From Octopus sinensis (Eukaryota): 64,000 nucleotides of DNA. The first letter of the stretch is position 1; each line of letters opens with the position of its first letter. The notes under the pieces are model-generated. The model was not told the origin of the DNA. It saw only the letters and a list, made by a program, of their open reading frames with translations, and searched no databases. The stretch covers positions 27,032,001 through 27,096,000 of the forward strand of contig NC_043018.1 in the NCBI RefSeq assembly GCF_006345805.1, written 5' to 3'. The position numbers and the translations under genes are program-made. Below are positions 51,049 to 64,000 of this stretch, in pieces.

Positions 51049-51392
51049 AGTAAAAAATATGTATGTATATCTTTATAAATATATATATAAATATAATGTA
51101 TATATATATACATATATGTATATATATATATGTTTATATATGTGTATATATAAAAATATATGTGTATATATAATATATGTATGTATATATACATGTAAAT
51201 ATATATAAACATATGTATATATATAAATATATATATATGTACATCTATATATATTTATAATATATATATATGTACATATATATAGTATATATATATATAT
51301 ATATATATAATATGTATATATATATGTATATATACATGTATATATAAATATATGTATATATATATATACATACATGTAATATAAATATATGT

Positions 51393-51463
<71 letters not shown>

Positions 51464-51570
51464 CAGAAAGATACATTGTGTGTATGTGTAAGTATAAATA
51501 TATTATATATGTAAATTATATATATAAGGAACACACCCAACACATACATATTCATATGCACGCGCGTATG
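50790..51570. repeat. Long imperfect (TA)n array
   Basis: Direct reading. A similar array lies at 25745-26100. Confidence 0.95.
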
Positions 51571-51794
51571 TAAATATATATATACATATTCTTGTCCCTG
51601 TTGCCATAGTTACTACTACTACTTTTACTACAATGAATACAGACAACTGTTACCTCCACCACTGCTGCTATTGTTACACCTATCAACAAAATAACATTAC
51701 AAATGTCAGTGTTAACAGGTTTGAGGTGAATCAGAGCGTGGCAAGTATGGTACCCCCAAAGCATCACTCTTGGTTCCACCATTACTACTACTAC

Positions 51795-51859
<65 letters not shown>

Positions 51860-51997
51860 AACTAAGGATCCTCCGTCAATATTCGACAAAGAGAGGAGCA
51901 GACTCGTTATCTCAGCTAATGCAATTTTCCGAGCAGTTTGTGAGTGAGAGAGAGAGGGAGGGAGGGAGGGAGAGAGAGAGTGAGAGAGAGAGAGAGA

Positions 51998-52048
<51 letters not shown>

Positions 52049-53756
52049 TTGGACAATTGTAATACGGGTGCAATCCACCCGATGACATGCTTGTTTCTAC
52101 TCCTTTTCACTCACAAGGCTTGGGTGGTTGTCCTGAAACTGTTATGATGATGGCGATGATGATGATGATGATGATGACGATGACGGTGGTGACAATGATG
52201 ATTATGACGATGATGATGGGATGATGATGATGATGATGATGACGGTGATGATGATGGTGATGAGAATGACGATGATGATGGGATGATGATGAGGATGATG
52301 ATGGGGATGATGATGATGCTGATGATGATGGTGATGATGTTGTAGATGATAATGATGATGGTAATGATGATGATGGTGATAATGATAGTGATGATGGTGG
52401 TGGTGGTGGTGGTGATTATTGAAATGATGATAACGATAATCATATTTCTAATTTCGGCACAAAGCCTGCAAGTCTGAGCGAAGGGGTGAAAGCCAATTAC
52501 ATCGACCCCGGCGCTCAACAGGCATTTATTTTATCAACCCCTGAATGATAAAAGACAAAAGTCGACCTCGGCAGGATTTGAACTCAGCACGTAAAAAGCA
52601 AGAAGAAATGGTAAGCATTTTGTTTGATGCGCTAACAATTCGGCCAGCTCGCCTCCTTCACTGTCAAAATATTAATAACAATAGTCTCACAATTTGCCAG
52701 AAGATCAGCAAATTTTAAGGGGAGGGGGTAAGTTCATTATATCGACCGACGCACTGGCCTGGTACTTTATTTTATCTCTGCTGATTTGACGAACTGCAAA
52801 GTTGACTTTGGTTTAATTTGAACTCAGAACGTAAAGAACCAGAAGAAATACTGCTTAGCATTTTGTTCGACGCACTAACGGTTATGTCACTTTGTTGCCT
52901 TAAAAGAATTAGTTCCCTTCCCAAGGATAAAAATACAACAACAACAAAAAAAATGGTTTTGAAAATATTAAAAAAAAAAAAATTTCCCCAAGATGGTAGG
53001 TAGTAAGATTGAACCTGGGACATCAAGGTTGTAAAGAGAAGTTATTTAACTGCTAGCCATGCCTGTGTCTGCCACCGTCTATTTTTATTTCTATAATCAT
53101 CACTGCTACAACTGCTAGCATCCACCACCAACACTGCCACCGCCCGCCACCATCACGAGGCATACCACCACCACTACCATCACGAGGCATACTACTACTA
53201 CTACTACCACCACCCCCACCACAACCACTACCACGTCACCTATTGGTCCCATGATCAAAACCACCACAAACAACCACTACTACCACCACCTCAACAACTA
53301 CTACCACAACCGCTACTTGCATCCCTGCTACTGTAACCGCTACTACCACAATCACTTCAACAACTGCTACCACGACTACTGCAACCGCTACTGCAACTAC
53401 CACTATCCTAGTCACATGAACAACTTGTAGTACCACCACCAGCACTACCACTACAACCGCTACTACAACGGTGACTACAACAACTGCAACCGCGACCACC
53501 ACTACCACATTTACATCAAGCACTTTTAGCACCACTACCACCGCAACAACTACTACAACGCCCAGTATAACCACTACTACAAACGTTAGTCCCATGACTG
53601 TCACCACCACCACTGCTGCAACTACTACAATAACTACTACAACCGTCACCACCACAAACACTACACCCACCAACATTCCGTTCAATAACTCCATGATCGC
53701 CACCACCACAACCACAACCACTACTACAACTGCTGTTGCAGCTACTACTGCTGCTG

Positions 53757-53799
<43 letters not shown>

Positions 53800-54045
53800 C
53801 ACCACTACCATTATTACTAGTGTGACCTCATGGGAGGAGGTGCGAAATAATGGCCTCAGTCTGCTAAAAATAGTAACCAACTCTGTCTTAAATCGTACAG
53901 ACTATCATCTTTAAAATCTTTGAAGGACAACAGACTGCATCTGAAGGACGCTGTTATCATCCAGTGATGTCCTTGAGACAAGGGGTCAGGGTCGGGGTTG
54001 GGGAAAACAACAAAATGAAAATAAAGAAAAGAAAAATAGACAGGA

Positions 54046-54461
54046 GGCGCAGGAGTGGCTGTGTGGTAAGTAGCTTGCTAACCAACCACATGGTTCTGGG
54101 TTCAGTCCCACTGCGTGGCATCTTGGGCAAGTGTCTTCTGCTATAGCCCCAGGCCGACCAATGCCTGTGAGTGGATTTGGTAGACGGAAACTGAAAGAAG
54201 CCTGTCGTATATATACATATATATATAAGTGTGTGTGTATATGTTTGTGTGTCTGTGTTTGTCCCACTAGCATGGCTTGACAACCGATGCTGGTGTGTTT
54301 ACGTCCCTGTCACTTAGCGGTTCGGCAAAAGAGACCGAAAGAATAAGTACTGGGCTTACAAAGAATAAGTCCCGGGGTCGATTTGCTCGACTAAAGGCAG
54401 TCCTTCAGCATGGCCGCAGTCAAATGACTGAAACAAGTAAAAGAGTAAAAGAGTAAAAGAG
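54046..54461 (+). mobile_element. Full-length SINE family A
   Basis: Consensus head to (aagagta)n tail. Confidence 0.92.
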
Positions 54462-55281
54462 ATGGTGGGTTGGTCATAGTTGTTGGAACGCCTTTGCCAC
54501 GGAGGTCTTCTGGAGCAGGGTTCACCTTGGGTCATTTACTTCAACCACAAATAGTAACATCACCATTGCTACCTGCAGCAGCAGCAAAAGATATTACCAT
54601 CACATCCAGTCCTGCCCACTATATCAGGCGAGCTGGCAGAATGCTTAGCGGTATTTCGCCTGTCGCTACGTTCCGAGTTCAAATTCCGCCGATATATATA
54701 TATGTGTGTGTTTGTGTGTTTGTGTGTGTTTGTGTGTCTATGTCTGTCCCCCCAACATCACTTGACAACCAATGCTGGTGTGTTTACGTCCCTGTCATCT
54801 AGCGGTTCGGCAAGAGAGACCGATAGAATAAGTACTAGGCTTACAAAGAATAAGTCCTGGGGTAGATTTGCTCGACTAAAGGCGGTGCTCCAGCATGGCC
54901 GCAGTCAAATGACTGAAACAAATAAAACAATTATTATTATTATTATTATTAATGCGATGAGCTGGCAGAATCGTTAGCATGACGGACAAAATGCTTAGCG
55001 GCATTTCGCCCACTTTGACGTTCTGAGTTCAAATTCCGTCGAGGTCAACTTTGCCTTTCATCCTTTCGGGGTCAATAAATCAAGTATCGGTGAAACACTG
55101 GGATCGATGTAATCGATTATTCCCCTCCACCCTACAAAAAATTTCAGGCCTTGTGCCTTTAGTAGAAAGGATTGTTATATTTTCTTCTGTTTCTGATAAC
55201 TACCACCCCAACCACCGCCACTACCACAACTACTGTGACTTCCACTATGATTCTAATCGTCACCATTACCATTATCGCCAT

Positions 55282-55328
<47 letters not shown>

Positions 55329-56379
55329 CCACCTCAATCACCACCGCCACCATCGGCTCAACTGCAGCTAGAGCTATAACCACAGCAACGACCACAACAT
55401 CCACCACTACAACCACAAAGATCTGTATCACCACCACCACCACTACAACAACACCAACCACAACCACCACCATTACTAAGCCCATCGCTACCACCACCAC
55501 TAAGATCATTGCTATTCTATAAAATGGATAAATCGATTCTAGCGGCGTGTGTCCCTGCTGTTTGATCGACAGAACAGTCTTTATTTGTTGCATTAGCGAG
55601 TAAGTGGCTGAGTATCCTGCAGACATGTACGTATGCATTACTCTCCAAGAAATGAATGCAAAACAGCATGTGACAAAGTTGAGCCTTTAAATTACAGATA
55701 CAATCCACCTGAAGGGCTTCGATGCCCCCAATTTCCCCGAAATGCCCCGCAGCAGGATTGAAACCGACACTTCGTGGGTGCGAAGTGTGTTTCTAAAACA
55801 TTCAGCAATACCTGCTACTGATATAGCAATCACAACAGTTGCTTATGGCTGCGGTGGTGGTGGTGGTGATGGTAGGAGTCGTTGTGGTGGTGGTGGTGAT
55901 GGTGGGGTTGTGGTAATGGTGGTGATATGGTAGTGGTGGTAGTGGCTGCGGTGGTGGTTGTGATGGTAGTGGTAGCGGTGGTGGTGATAGTGTTAGTGGC
56001 GGTAGTAGTGGTGTTGGTGGTTGCGATGGTGGGGGGTACTTGCAACTCTTGAGCAACAACTGGAAGGGACAATCATGCATGGATGTGGTAACAAACCCCA
56101 TAGACTTCCCACCAACTCTCCTCTTTTCCGCACAACAGAGAGAGGGGGAGGCGTAGAGAAAGAGAGGGAAGCGTGGAGAAAGGAGGACGTGGAGAGAGAG
56201 AGGGAGGCGTGGAGAGAGAGCGGGAGGGAGGGGAGAGAGAGTGAGAAAGGATGAGGAGCAGAGAGAGAGGGAGATGGAGGGAGGGAGAGAAAGACCCAGG
56301 AGTAACATAGATAAGAAACTCGAAAGGGAGCTGAACAGCAGAAAATCTACCGAGAAGAAATTCCCACCTCACCCCTTTA

Positions 56380-56760
56380 TGCAAGTGTTTCGGCCCTTAA
56401 TAACTCCTTACTCTTTATGCGGGGCCCAACCACACCCAGATCATTACTCATGGACGCCCCACTCTACTGCTGCGTCCTGTCCTACAGTCTGCATTACAAC
56501 TCTCCTAGGTGGTTAAGGAACCCCAGAGCAAATGTACCTTGGGCGTTGGTAACTAATTCAGTCTAAGACGCCAGTTGAAAGTAAGGTAAATCATACCTTC
56601 TGACATTCACTCCCGTTCTTCCTAGACCAGACCCAGTTGGAACATTTCTCAGCTGCTTCTGTCTTTACCTTAGGAGCTCTGCTTCTCTTTTCCCCAGAAA
56701 TTGCTTACCGTCTCTTGAGATCACAGACAGATTTATCCACAACCTTCTCGCATTCATCTT
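56380..56760 (-). mobile_element. HERO-like restriction-endonuclease-type non-LTR 3' fragment
   Basis: ...VKTEAAEKCSNWVWSRK resembles the AAExxSxWLWxR C-terminus. Heavily decayed. Confidence 0.5.
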
Positions 56761-57125
56761 AGATCAAAGAACAGATAAAAATTATTCATATTCTGCATAA
56801 ACTTCCATTTAGTTATTCACGGCTGTTTATATACTGGTTTCAAATTTTGTCACAAGGCCGGAAATTTCAGGGGAAGTGATTTAAGTCGATTAAATCGACC
56901 CCAGAGCTGAAATGGTACTTACTTTATTGACCCCGAAAGAATGAAAGGCAAAGTCGACCTCGGCGGAATTTGAACTCAGGACGTAAAGACGGACGAAATG
57001 CCGTTAAGCATTCTGTCACCTCATTGCCTTGACTGTCTATATGTTACCTTTATGATTTGAAAAATTCAGTCAAAAATGAAATATAAGGCTAACTCAGCAA
57101 AGTTTACAGGAGAACACAGTCGAAC

Positions 57126-57488
57126 AGGAGTGGCTTTGTGGTAAGTAGCTTGTTTACCAGCCACAAGGTTCCGGGTTCAGTCCCACTGCGTGGCACCTTG
57201 GGCAAGTGCCTTCTACTATAGCCTCGGGCCAACCAAAGCCTTGTGAGAGGATTTGCTAGACGGAAACTGAAAGAAGCCTGTCAAATATATGTATATATAT
57301 AATGTGTGTGTGTGTATCTTTGTGTGTCTGTGTTTGTCCCCCTAGCATTGCTTGACAACCGATGTTAGTTTGTTTACGTCCCCGTCACTTAGCGGTTCGG
57401 CAAAAGAGACCGATAGAATAAGTACTGAGCTTACAAAGAATAAATCCCGGGGTCGAGTTGCTGAAACAAGTAAAAGAGTAAAAAGAGA
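57126..57488 (+). mobile_element. SINE family A
   Basis: Consensus match with a deletion near the 3' end. Confidence 0.88.
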
Positions 57489-58384
57489 GAACAAATAAAT
57501 TTTTATTAGAAACACCAGAACACTTCCACCTGGGCTCCATTGGTTGCACGCAAACTCTTCTGGGCGATAAATTGTGGATGTTTATCAACACCATGTATTT
57601 ATTATGGATTTATGTATTTACTATTTATTATGAACACTCTGTAATCTATGAACATGACCACCCAGTATCTATTTATGTTAATGTATGCAGCACAAACGAA
57701 CTGATGTTATTTCTGCCCAAATTCAAAACATTGAAACAAACCATCAAGTGTATGTGCATTTGATCGATAGCGGATATCTGATTCGGGAGTTTCAGGGTTT
57801 TTAGGAGTGTTGAACCACCCCTTAACCACTATTGAATACAGATCTATTCTGACCTGTAGTTAACCCGTAGCTAGCACCCATGTTACGGTCCTAGCTATTA
57901 GTTAACTAGCATATATGATGACAATCCAGCTGAGTGCGGGAAGGCAGAATTACCCTTGGTTGGTGTCGTGACACGCAGTGAAACGACTAGGAGTGAACAG
58001 GACCTTTAGGGGCTGTGTCAGCACCTTTCTAGAGGTTTCACAAGATTACTGGTCATCACGCTTTGGCCTGTCAATGGCTACTAATCACAGAAACTCGTAG
58101 AGTGGTATTCGTGTTGTACAAGCATTTATCTATAATCCAATGACCTGCCGACGTCTCTTTGTGGTGACCACGTTCGTCATTCCACCCCCTGAAGAGTGGC
58201 GACATGTGTTGACCTAACCTGTTGAAAGCGCACAGCAAGTTACAACTTTCAGCTGTCACACGTGCTTCAAGCCACGCGGGACTGAATAAATCACCTGGGA
58301 GATCGAGTATGGAGGGTCAGAAATGCCATTGACAAAGGAAAAGCACAAGGAGACAGCAATGTATGTATGTATGTCTCTTCTATT

Positions 58385-58720
58385 TTTTAATTATTAGAAA
58401 CCTTCCACTGAGGAGGGAGCCGGTTTCCAACAAAGATACTAGGCTCCATCTTTGGGATAGGTTAACAAATCCACAATTGAAACTTGAGGAAATTCTTGCA
58501 TATTTTTACTGTTCTACTCATAGATTGCACTTGTAATGGACGAATCAGCTGGTCGATTTCTCTTTCTGAAAATTCCAGTTTATTCAGATTCTCCTAACAA
58601 AACCTAGTGCTCCAATTATTATTGGTATGAATATGAATTCATAGTCTAAATATAGAAGCTGGAGGTTTCGAAGCAGTTATCCATAGATATCCTCTTTTTC
58701 TTTGATTTTCAAAGAGATAT
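58385..58720 (-). mobile_element. R4/Dong-like non-LTR 3' fragment
   Basis: EKEDIYG*LLRNLQLLYLDYEFIFIPIIIGALGFV (frameshift) LEFSEREIDQLIRPLQVQSMSRTVKICKNFLKF. Confidence 0.75.
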
Positions 58721-58734
58721 TTATTTGTATGGCG

Positions 58735-59980
58735 TGGGACAAGCCCGTTGTAGTTCAGGATTCCGACGCTAGAACCCATTCAATGCAACTCTCTGACATC
58801 AGTCTGCTGACTGGTGTCATAGTGTGAGGTCGTACAGCTACGTGGTGCGTATTTGTTTTGCAGTTCTTGTCCCCAGTTCGTCGATTTTTACGATGGCTGA
58901 AACGAAGGATCATCGTGCTTCTGTGAAATTCTGTTTACTGCTGGGGAAAACGGTGGCTGAAACAGCTGTCATGCTTGAAATAGCTTACAAGAATGCTACC
59001 GTGAGCAAAAGACAAGTTTACGAGAGGTTATTCAAGCTTTAGGAATGGTCACTTGTCGTTTGAAGACCAATCTCGTTCAGGACGACCGTCAACCTCCTGA
59101 ACGAATGAAAACTCTTTTAATCTTTTACTTGTTTCAGTCATTTGACTGCGGCCATGCTGGAGCACCGCCTTTAGTCGAGCAAATCGACCCCAGGACTTAT
59201 TCTTTGTAAGCCTAGTACTTATTCTATTGGTCTCTTTTGCCAAACCGCTAAGTTACGGGGACGTAAACACACCAAGCGATGTTGGGGGACACACAGACAC
59301 ACAAACATATACACACACATACATATATACGATGGGCTTCTTTCAGTTTCCGTCTACCAAATCCACTCACAAGGCTTTGGTCGGCCTGAGGCTATAGTAG
59401 AAGACACTTGCCCAAGGTGCCACGCAGTGGGACTGAACCCGGAACCATGTGGTTGGAAAGGAAGCTACTTACCACACAGCCACCCCTGCACCTAAAGACC
59501 TCACGAAAATCCATGAATTGATCGTGGAGGGCAGTCGCCAAACAATTGACGAACTTCTTGATATGACTGGCGTGTCCTGAATTCCTGCCAACGAATTTTG
59601 AGCGAGGAATTACGAATGAAAAAAGTTGCAGCAAAATTTATGCCTTGATTGCTCACGGAAGATCAAAAGCAGTGACGAATGAATGCATCTTGTGGACTGA
59701 AAGAACAGTTGCACGTTGATCCGAACCATTTATCGAAGGTCATCACTGGTGACGAAAGCTGGTGCTACGGATATGGAAGAGATGAGGAAAAAAGTGACGG
59801 AGGCGTTAAAAGGCATCACTTCGCACGAGTTCCAGTGCTGCTTCGAATAGTAGAAAACGCGCTTGGAACGATGCATTGCTTCCAATGGAGAATACTTTGA
59901 AGACGATAAAAGTGTGAACGTGTAAAACTAAGTGAATAAAATAATATTGCACACTTCAGGTTTCTTTTGGATACCCCTCG
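58735..59980 (+). mobile_element. Internally deleted mariner element interrupted by a SINE A (59108-59492, -)
   Basis: MAETKDHRASVKFC...KTVAET...SGRPSTS; KKVAAKFMP; VITGDESWCYGY; RCIASNGEYFE. Right terminal repeat ggatacccctcg, followed by tg and (TA)n. Many stops. Confidence 0.92.
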
Positions 59981-59982
59981 TG

Positions 59983-60020
<38 letters not shown>

Positions 60021-60034
60021 CAGACAGAAAGGAA

Positions 60035-60200
60035 TTATATTATCAATAATTAAGGGTAAAATCAATTAGTTATTAATTAATTTCACCAAGTAGTGTTCAG
60101 TATGTAAAAGGACCATTTAAGGCGAATTCAAAATATTACATTATATAATTAGGGCTCAGTATGTGGCAAAGTAATTTATTTTACTGAGCCCTAATTATAT
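60035..60200 (-). mobile_element. Short remnant of the same family as the 29.4-30.15 kb element
   Basis: Reverse complement matches 30020-30145 (gaattcgcctt..atggtcc..catactgaacact..ttggtgaaatt), with a small terminal inversion. Confidence 0.75.
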
Positions 60201-60236
<36 letters not shown>

Positions 60237-60995
60237 GTATATCTATCTATCTATACATATATATATATATATATATATAAAGAGAGAGGGGGAGAGGAGA
60301 GAAAGAGAGCCTTGCTAGCTAACGATTCTGCCAGCTCGTCGACTTAATAGTAATGATGATGATGATGGCGGTTTCAAAGATGAAAGATAAAGTCAACATT
60401 GGCAGGATTCGAAATCAGAATGTAGAGCCGGAATATCACTAAGCATATTGTCCGACGCTCTTACAATTCTGCCAGCTCATTACCTTGGAGTAGTAAAAAA
60501 TACTGGTTTTATATTTTGGTACCAAAAAAAAAAAAGAAAAAAAAAAAAACTGTAAGTGGTAAGTCGATTACATCAACTCCAGTACTTAAGTGTTATTTAT
60601 TTTATCGACCCAAAAAAGAATGATAGGCAAAGTTGACCTCGGCGCGATTTGAACTTAGAACGTAAAAAGTCGGGAGATATGCCGCTGAGCATTTTGTCCA
60701 ACATGATAACAATTCAGCCAACTCACCGGTTTGTAGTAGTGAAAAATAAAAGCGATAAATAGAAGCCATTTTATTGATTTATTGAATTTCCTTCAGAGGG
60801 TAATCGATACTCGGAACATTTATTTAACAATACAACCCACACAGTATATAGGATACATATCTTAATCAATACGCAAGAGAACAACTTCTTGCTAATAGTG
60901 AGACGAACTTTTGGAGGCAGCCTCGAAGATTGGCTAGAAATTGCAGGCAAATCTCCCTCAAACCACGTCCTACTCTCTTCAAGAAGAAAGAAAAC

Positions 60996-61435
60996 AGATC
61001 TTTTCGGTTTGAACAGCAGTTTTTAACATAATTTCTAGGTAACTAAAAAATTTTAAACTTCGTATACTGGTAGAATGTGTTTATAAAACATCTTTTTCTC
61101 TTGGCTTTATTGAGAAAATTCTATAGTTTGTAAGATATTTGTTGTGTTTTTTCTTCAATTTCTGCAATTTCAACCAATCAATGATGTCCATTGAAGTAAA
61201 AAAACATTCTGTGCCGTATGAGTATGTCCCTCGTTTAAGAAACAGATTGGGTTTATTTACATTTGTGAAGAAAAAAAGATACCCTTCCCCCCACCCCTAA
61301 CCCTAACACTAACACTAACTAACCCTAACCCTAAAACAGATTGAAATGCAATAGATCGATACTAGGGCCATAATTATGGGTGACAATTTCATATGACACC
61401 ACTAGAAAAAACTGCCGTTCACACCGAAAAGATCC
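60996..61435. mobile_element. Third Merlin-like MITE
   Basis: Same terminal repeats, 8 bp TSD aagaaaac, internal (CCCTAA)n variants. Confidence 0.9.
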
Positions 61436-61499
61436 AAGAAAACTTGTTAATGCATACGAGGAAATTTCAGGATCTCCTTGCCGTCGTCGTCATCATCAT

Positions 61500-62490
61500 T
61501 AGCAGCAATAGCTTAGTTGTAACGTCAACATTTTTGTCCATGATTGCCATGGGTTAGATGGACAGATTTTACTTCGGCCAGATGTCCTTCCTGCCGTGGA
61601 GAATGGTCAGCGATACTCGCAGCAGCCAGCCACCCCAACCTCGCGGGGCTTCTTTCTCGGATAGGTCGTAGTTATTCCAGTTTTTCTAAGATAATCAGCA
61701 GTGAGGGGTCGGAGGACACCCGAGATCTCGACGGCGGCCCACACAAACTGATAGCAGCCGGTCAGGTTCCCATACTTTTATATCCATTTTCTCTTCTCTG
61801 CGTTACGAATAGCGATACCCGGCTTTGCGGCCGATGCAGCCAGAGAATGTATCGCTGCTCATCGCGTCCTAGATTCGGGATCTGCCTCGCTCGCATGCGA
61901 AGAGGGTTATTTCTATTTCTTTACTACCCACAAGGGGCTAAACACAGAGAGGACAAACAAGGACAGGCAAACGGATTAAGTCGATTATATCGACCCCAGT
62001 GCGTAACTGGTATATAATTTATCGACCCCGAAAGGACGAAAGGCAAATTCGACCTCGGCGGAATTTGAACTCAGAACGTAGCGGCAGACGAAATACGGCT
62101 ACGCATTTCGCCCGGCGTGCTAACGTTTCTGCCAGCTCGCCGCCTTAAGAGGGTTATTTTGTCGAAGCTCTTACCTTCCTAGCGGTCGAGTCCTACTGGC
62201 TCCAGTTGAGACGGGAAACTAGCCGCATTGAGATCCCTTCTACTTATATCATTCAGAGTGACGTGTCGGGAGATTAAGCTCGCGTTGTGGCCGAACGTTA
62301 ATGGATGTAGGCCGAATTCACCGACTACTGCTCCACAACGGTATTTGTGCGACCACTCCGATATGAGTGCACTCATCAACAAGAAGGATTCCAGTAGATG
62401 AGGAGGGCACCGAATTGTGCCATGCGCCACTATTTGGTTGCGATGCAGAACAGAGGCAGGCGAGGCGGTAATAGTCTAAGGACTAGCCGG
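61500..62490 (-). mobile_element. CRE-clade non-LTR retrotransposon C-terminal fragment, interrupted by a SINE B
   Basis: HVTLNDISRRDLNAASFPSQLEPVGLDR*EGKSFDKITLFACERGRSRI*DA.SSDTFS...KYGNLTGCYQFVWAAVEISG resembles the CRE endonuclease signature PSxLEPxGLxRxDGKRPDG..WDxT..DT. Confidence 0.8.
61915..62146 (-). mobile_element. Young SINE B monomer
   Basis: 13 bp TSD aagagggttattt, (gaaata)2-like tail. Confidence 0.92.
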
Positions 62491-62742
62491 CAGTCCAAAT
62501 TTTGCGTAACCCAGAATAATTATAAAATAGGAAGCAATGTAAAATATGAGTCGCTCTGTGGTAAGTAGCATACTTACATGGTTCCGGGTTCAGTCCCACT
62601 GTGTGGCACCTTGCTCAAGTGTCTTCTATAGCCTCGTGCTGACCAAAGCCTTCTAAGTGAATTTGGTAGACGGAAACTAAAAGAAGCCCGCCGTATATAT
62701 ATATATAGGTGAGAAAGTTGGTGTGTGAAAGCACGTGGTTGA

Positions 62743-62998
62743 ATATATAGAAAATAGTAAAAAGTGAAAAAACTACATAAGGTTTGTTTTAGAAGGTTAA
62801 AAAATATATATTTGAGTCAATATGTCTGAAGAATGTTATAAATTTTTTTCATACAATGACATAGTTTTTGAAGAAACTATGTCATTGTATGAAAAAAATT
62901 TATAACATTCTTCAGACATATTGACTCAAATATATATTTTTTAACCTTCTAAAACAAACCTTATGTAGTTTTTTCACTTTTTACTATTTTCTATATAT
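62743..62998. repeat. Perfect palindrome, about 125 bp arms, 6 nt spacer
   Basis: catagttt-ttgaag-aaactatg at the centre. Arms read as exact reverse complements. Embedded in (TA)n. Confidence 0.95.
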
Positions 62999-63007
62999 AT
63001 ATATATA

Positions 63008-64000
63008 CTAGCAGCATAGCCCGGGTATGTAAGAGCCCCTAGTAGGCAACGACTAATCCCAATCTAGTCCTTTCCCTCTAGGGAACGAAGGCGCATGTGT
63101 AGGTTGCAATGTCTTCTCTTCATTCCCAAATAACTATCAAACAGCTATCGATAATTCAACCCAACCAATTCCTAACAGGAAGAAATTACATTCGAGACTT
63201 TACCCCCACTTCTGCTAATAGCTGCTGCAGCCACAAGTTATTCGAATCCTTTTTTTTGTTTAAACTTTCTTTATAACTACCACCCCAAACATTTTACCTT
63301 AAATTTTTGACGTACCCTAAGGGTCCTCGGACGCTGCTTGCAAACTCTTGGTTTATTATAAACCGCTTTTGTCGTGTGCACCAAAAAACCTTTTCCATTC
63401 GTTTGTTCAGTTTGGTCACTTTTGACTTTTTCATTGTTGTCACTCACATTGCTGCCCGCTTTTTTGCCGTTTTTGTACATTTTTATACATTTTGGGATAC
63501 TTACCCCACGTGTTCCGAGAGTTAAAAAGGTCAGTCTGTGGTTTGTGTTTAATACACAAATTGGTTTGCTATGTGTGCCACATATGCTTTAATTAACCAA
63601 TTTTTTCCAGTAATAAACTATCCTATTGGAATAAAAAGGGCCATATAGCTCCTTGGAGCAGAAAAGATGCTCGCTGTGAATTTAAAAAAAAATTCCTGCC
63701 AATTTGTGAAAGATATTGTCGAAAATATGTCATCTTGAATTTGAACGCGATTTCCCAAAATGGCATGATTTTATCGATTTTTTCTGATGGTAAGGTATTG
63801 CATGGAAAACTAACGTCAGAATTAAGTTTCTTAGGGTAACATTAAGCTTCACCATGAGTTTGGTGAAAATCGATTGCAAGTTGCGAAAACTACAATAGAA
63901 AATGTGTTGCATATAAAAAGGTTAGATTCTCGACCCCATGTCGAATTTATCGATTTTTTTCAGAACTGGGGAAACTTTTCAAAATTTTTGCTGCATTAGT
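63008..64000 (-). mobile_element. Probable Helitron 3' end running off the window
   Basis: a|ctagcagcatagcccggg resembles the 45671 terminus actagcagtatcgcccgg. Part of the hairpin appears deleted. Confidence 0.55.

Noticed and set aside
49358-56308. Poly-Thr/Val/His/Met ORFs resembling mucins or transmembrane proteins
   Set aside because: Degenerate trinucleotide repeats open on both strands, with no splice context or domain.
58798-58830. gtctgctgactggtgtc reads (C)LLTGV, like the expected start of SLC7 exon 2
   Set aside because: The acceptor AG is out of phase, a stop follows within three codons, and it lies in the mariner 5' region.
61544-62017. 157 aa + strand ORF in a GC-rich block
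   Set aside because: It is the antisense of the CRE fragment and reads through into a SINE.
62820-62890. CTGAAGA...GAAACTATGTC across the centre of the 62.9 kb palindrome
   Set aside because: There is no adjacent stem I or stem II, and the GAAAC motif is partly just the mirror arm.

Overview
AT-rich, microsatellite-dense animal genomic DNA. The SINE families and repeat landscape point to an octopus (inference). The only clear host gene is one coding exon of an L-type/heteromeric amino-acid transporter light chain (SLC7, LAT1/JhI-21-like; + strand, 8171-8630, ending in a GTAAGT donor). I could not find the next exon, so most of the window appears to be one intron longer than 55 kb. That intron is packed with transposable elements: at least four tRNA-derived SINE families, RTE LINE fragments, restriction-endonuclease-type non-LTR fragments (R4/Dong-, HERO- and CRE-like), a nearly intact Penelope-like element (RT + GIY-YIG), pogo, mariner and piggyBac remnants, Helitrons, and hAT- and Merlin-like MITEs. 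Three observations stand out. (1) Penelope-type minimal hammerhead ribozymes occur in several distinct (TA)n-targeted elements, including a ~650 bp near-perfect palindrome that carries a canonical-core hammerhead on each strand. (2) One SINE family forms head-to-tail multimers joined at the same nucleotide (GAAATA|GGTATTTC) at about 13 junctions. (3) Several long fold-back insertions share one architecture. All calls were made by eye, with no database searches or folding programs.
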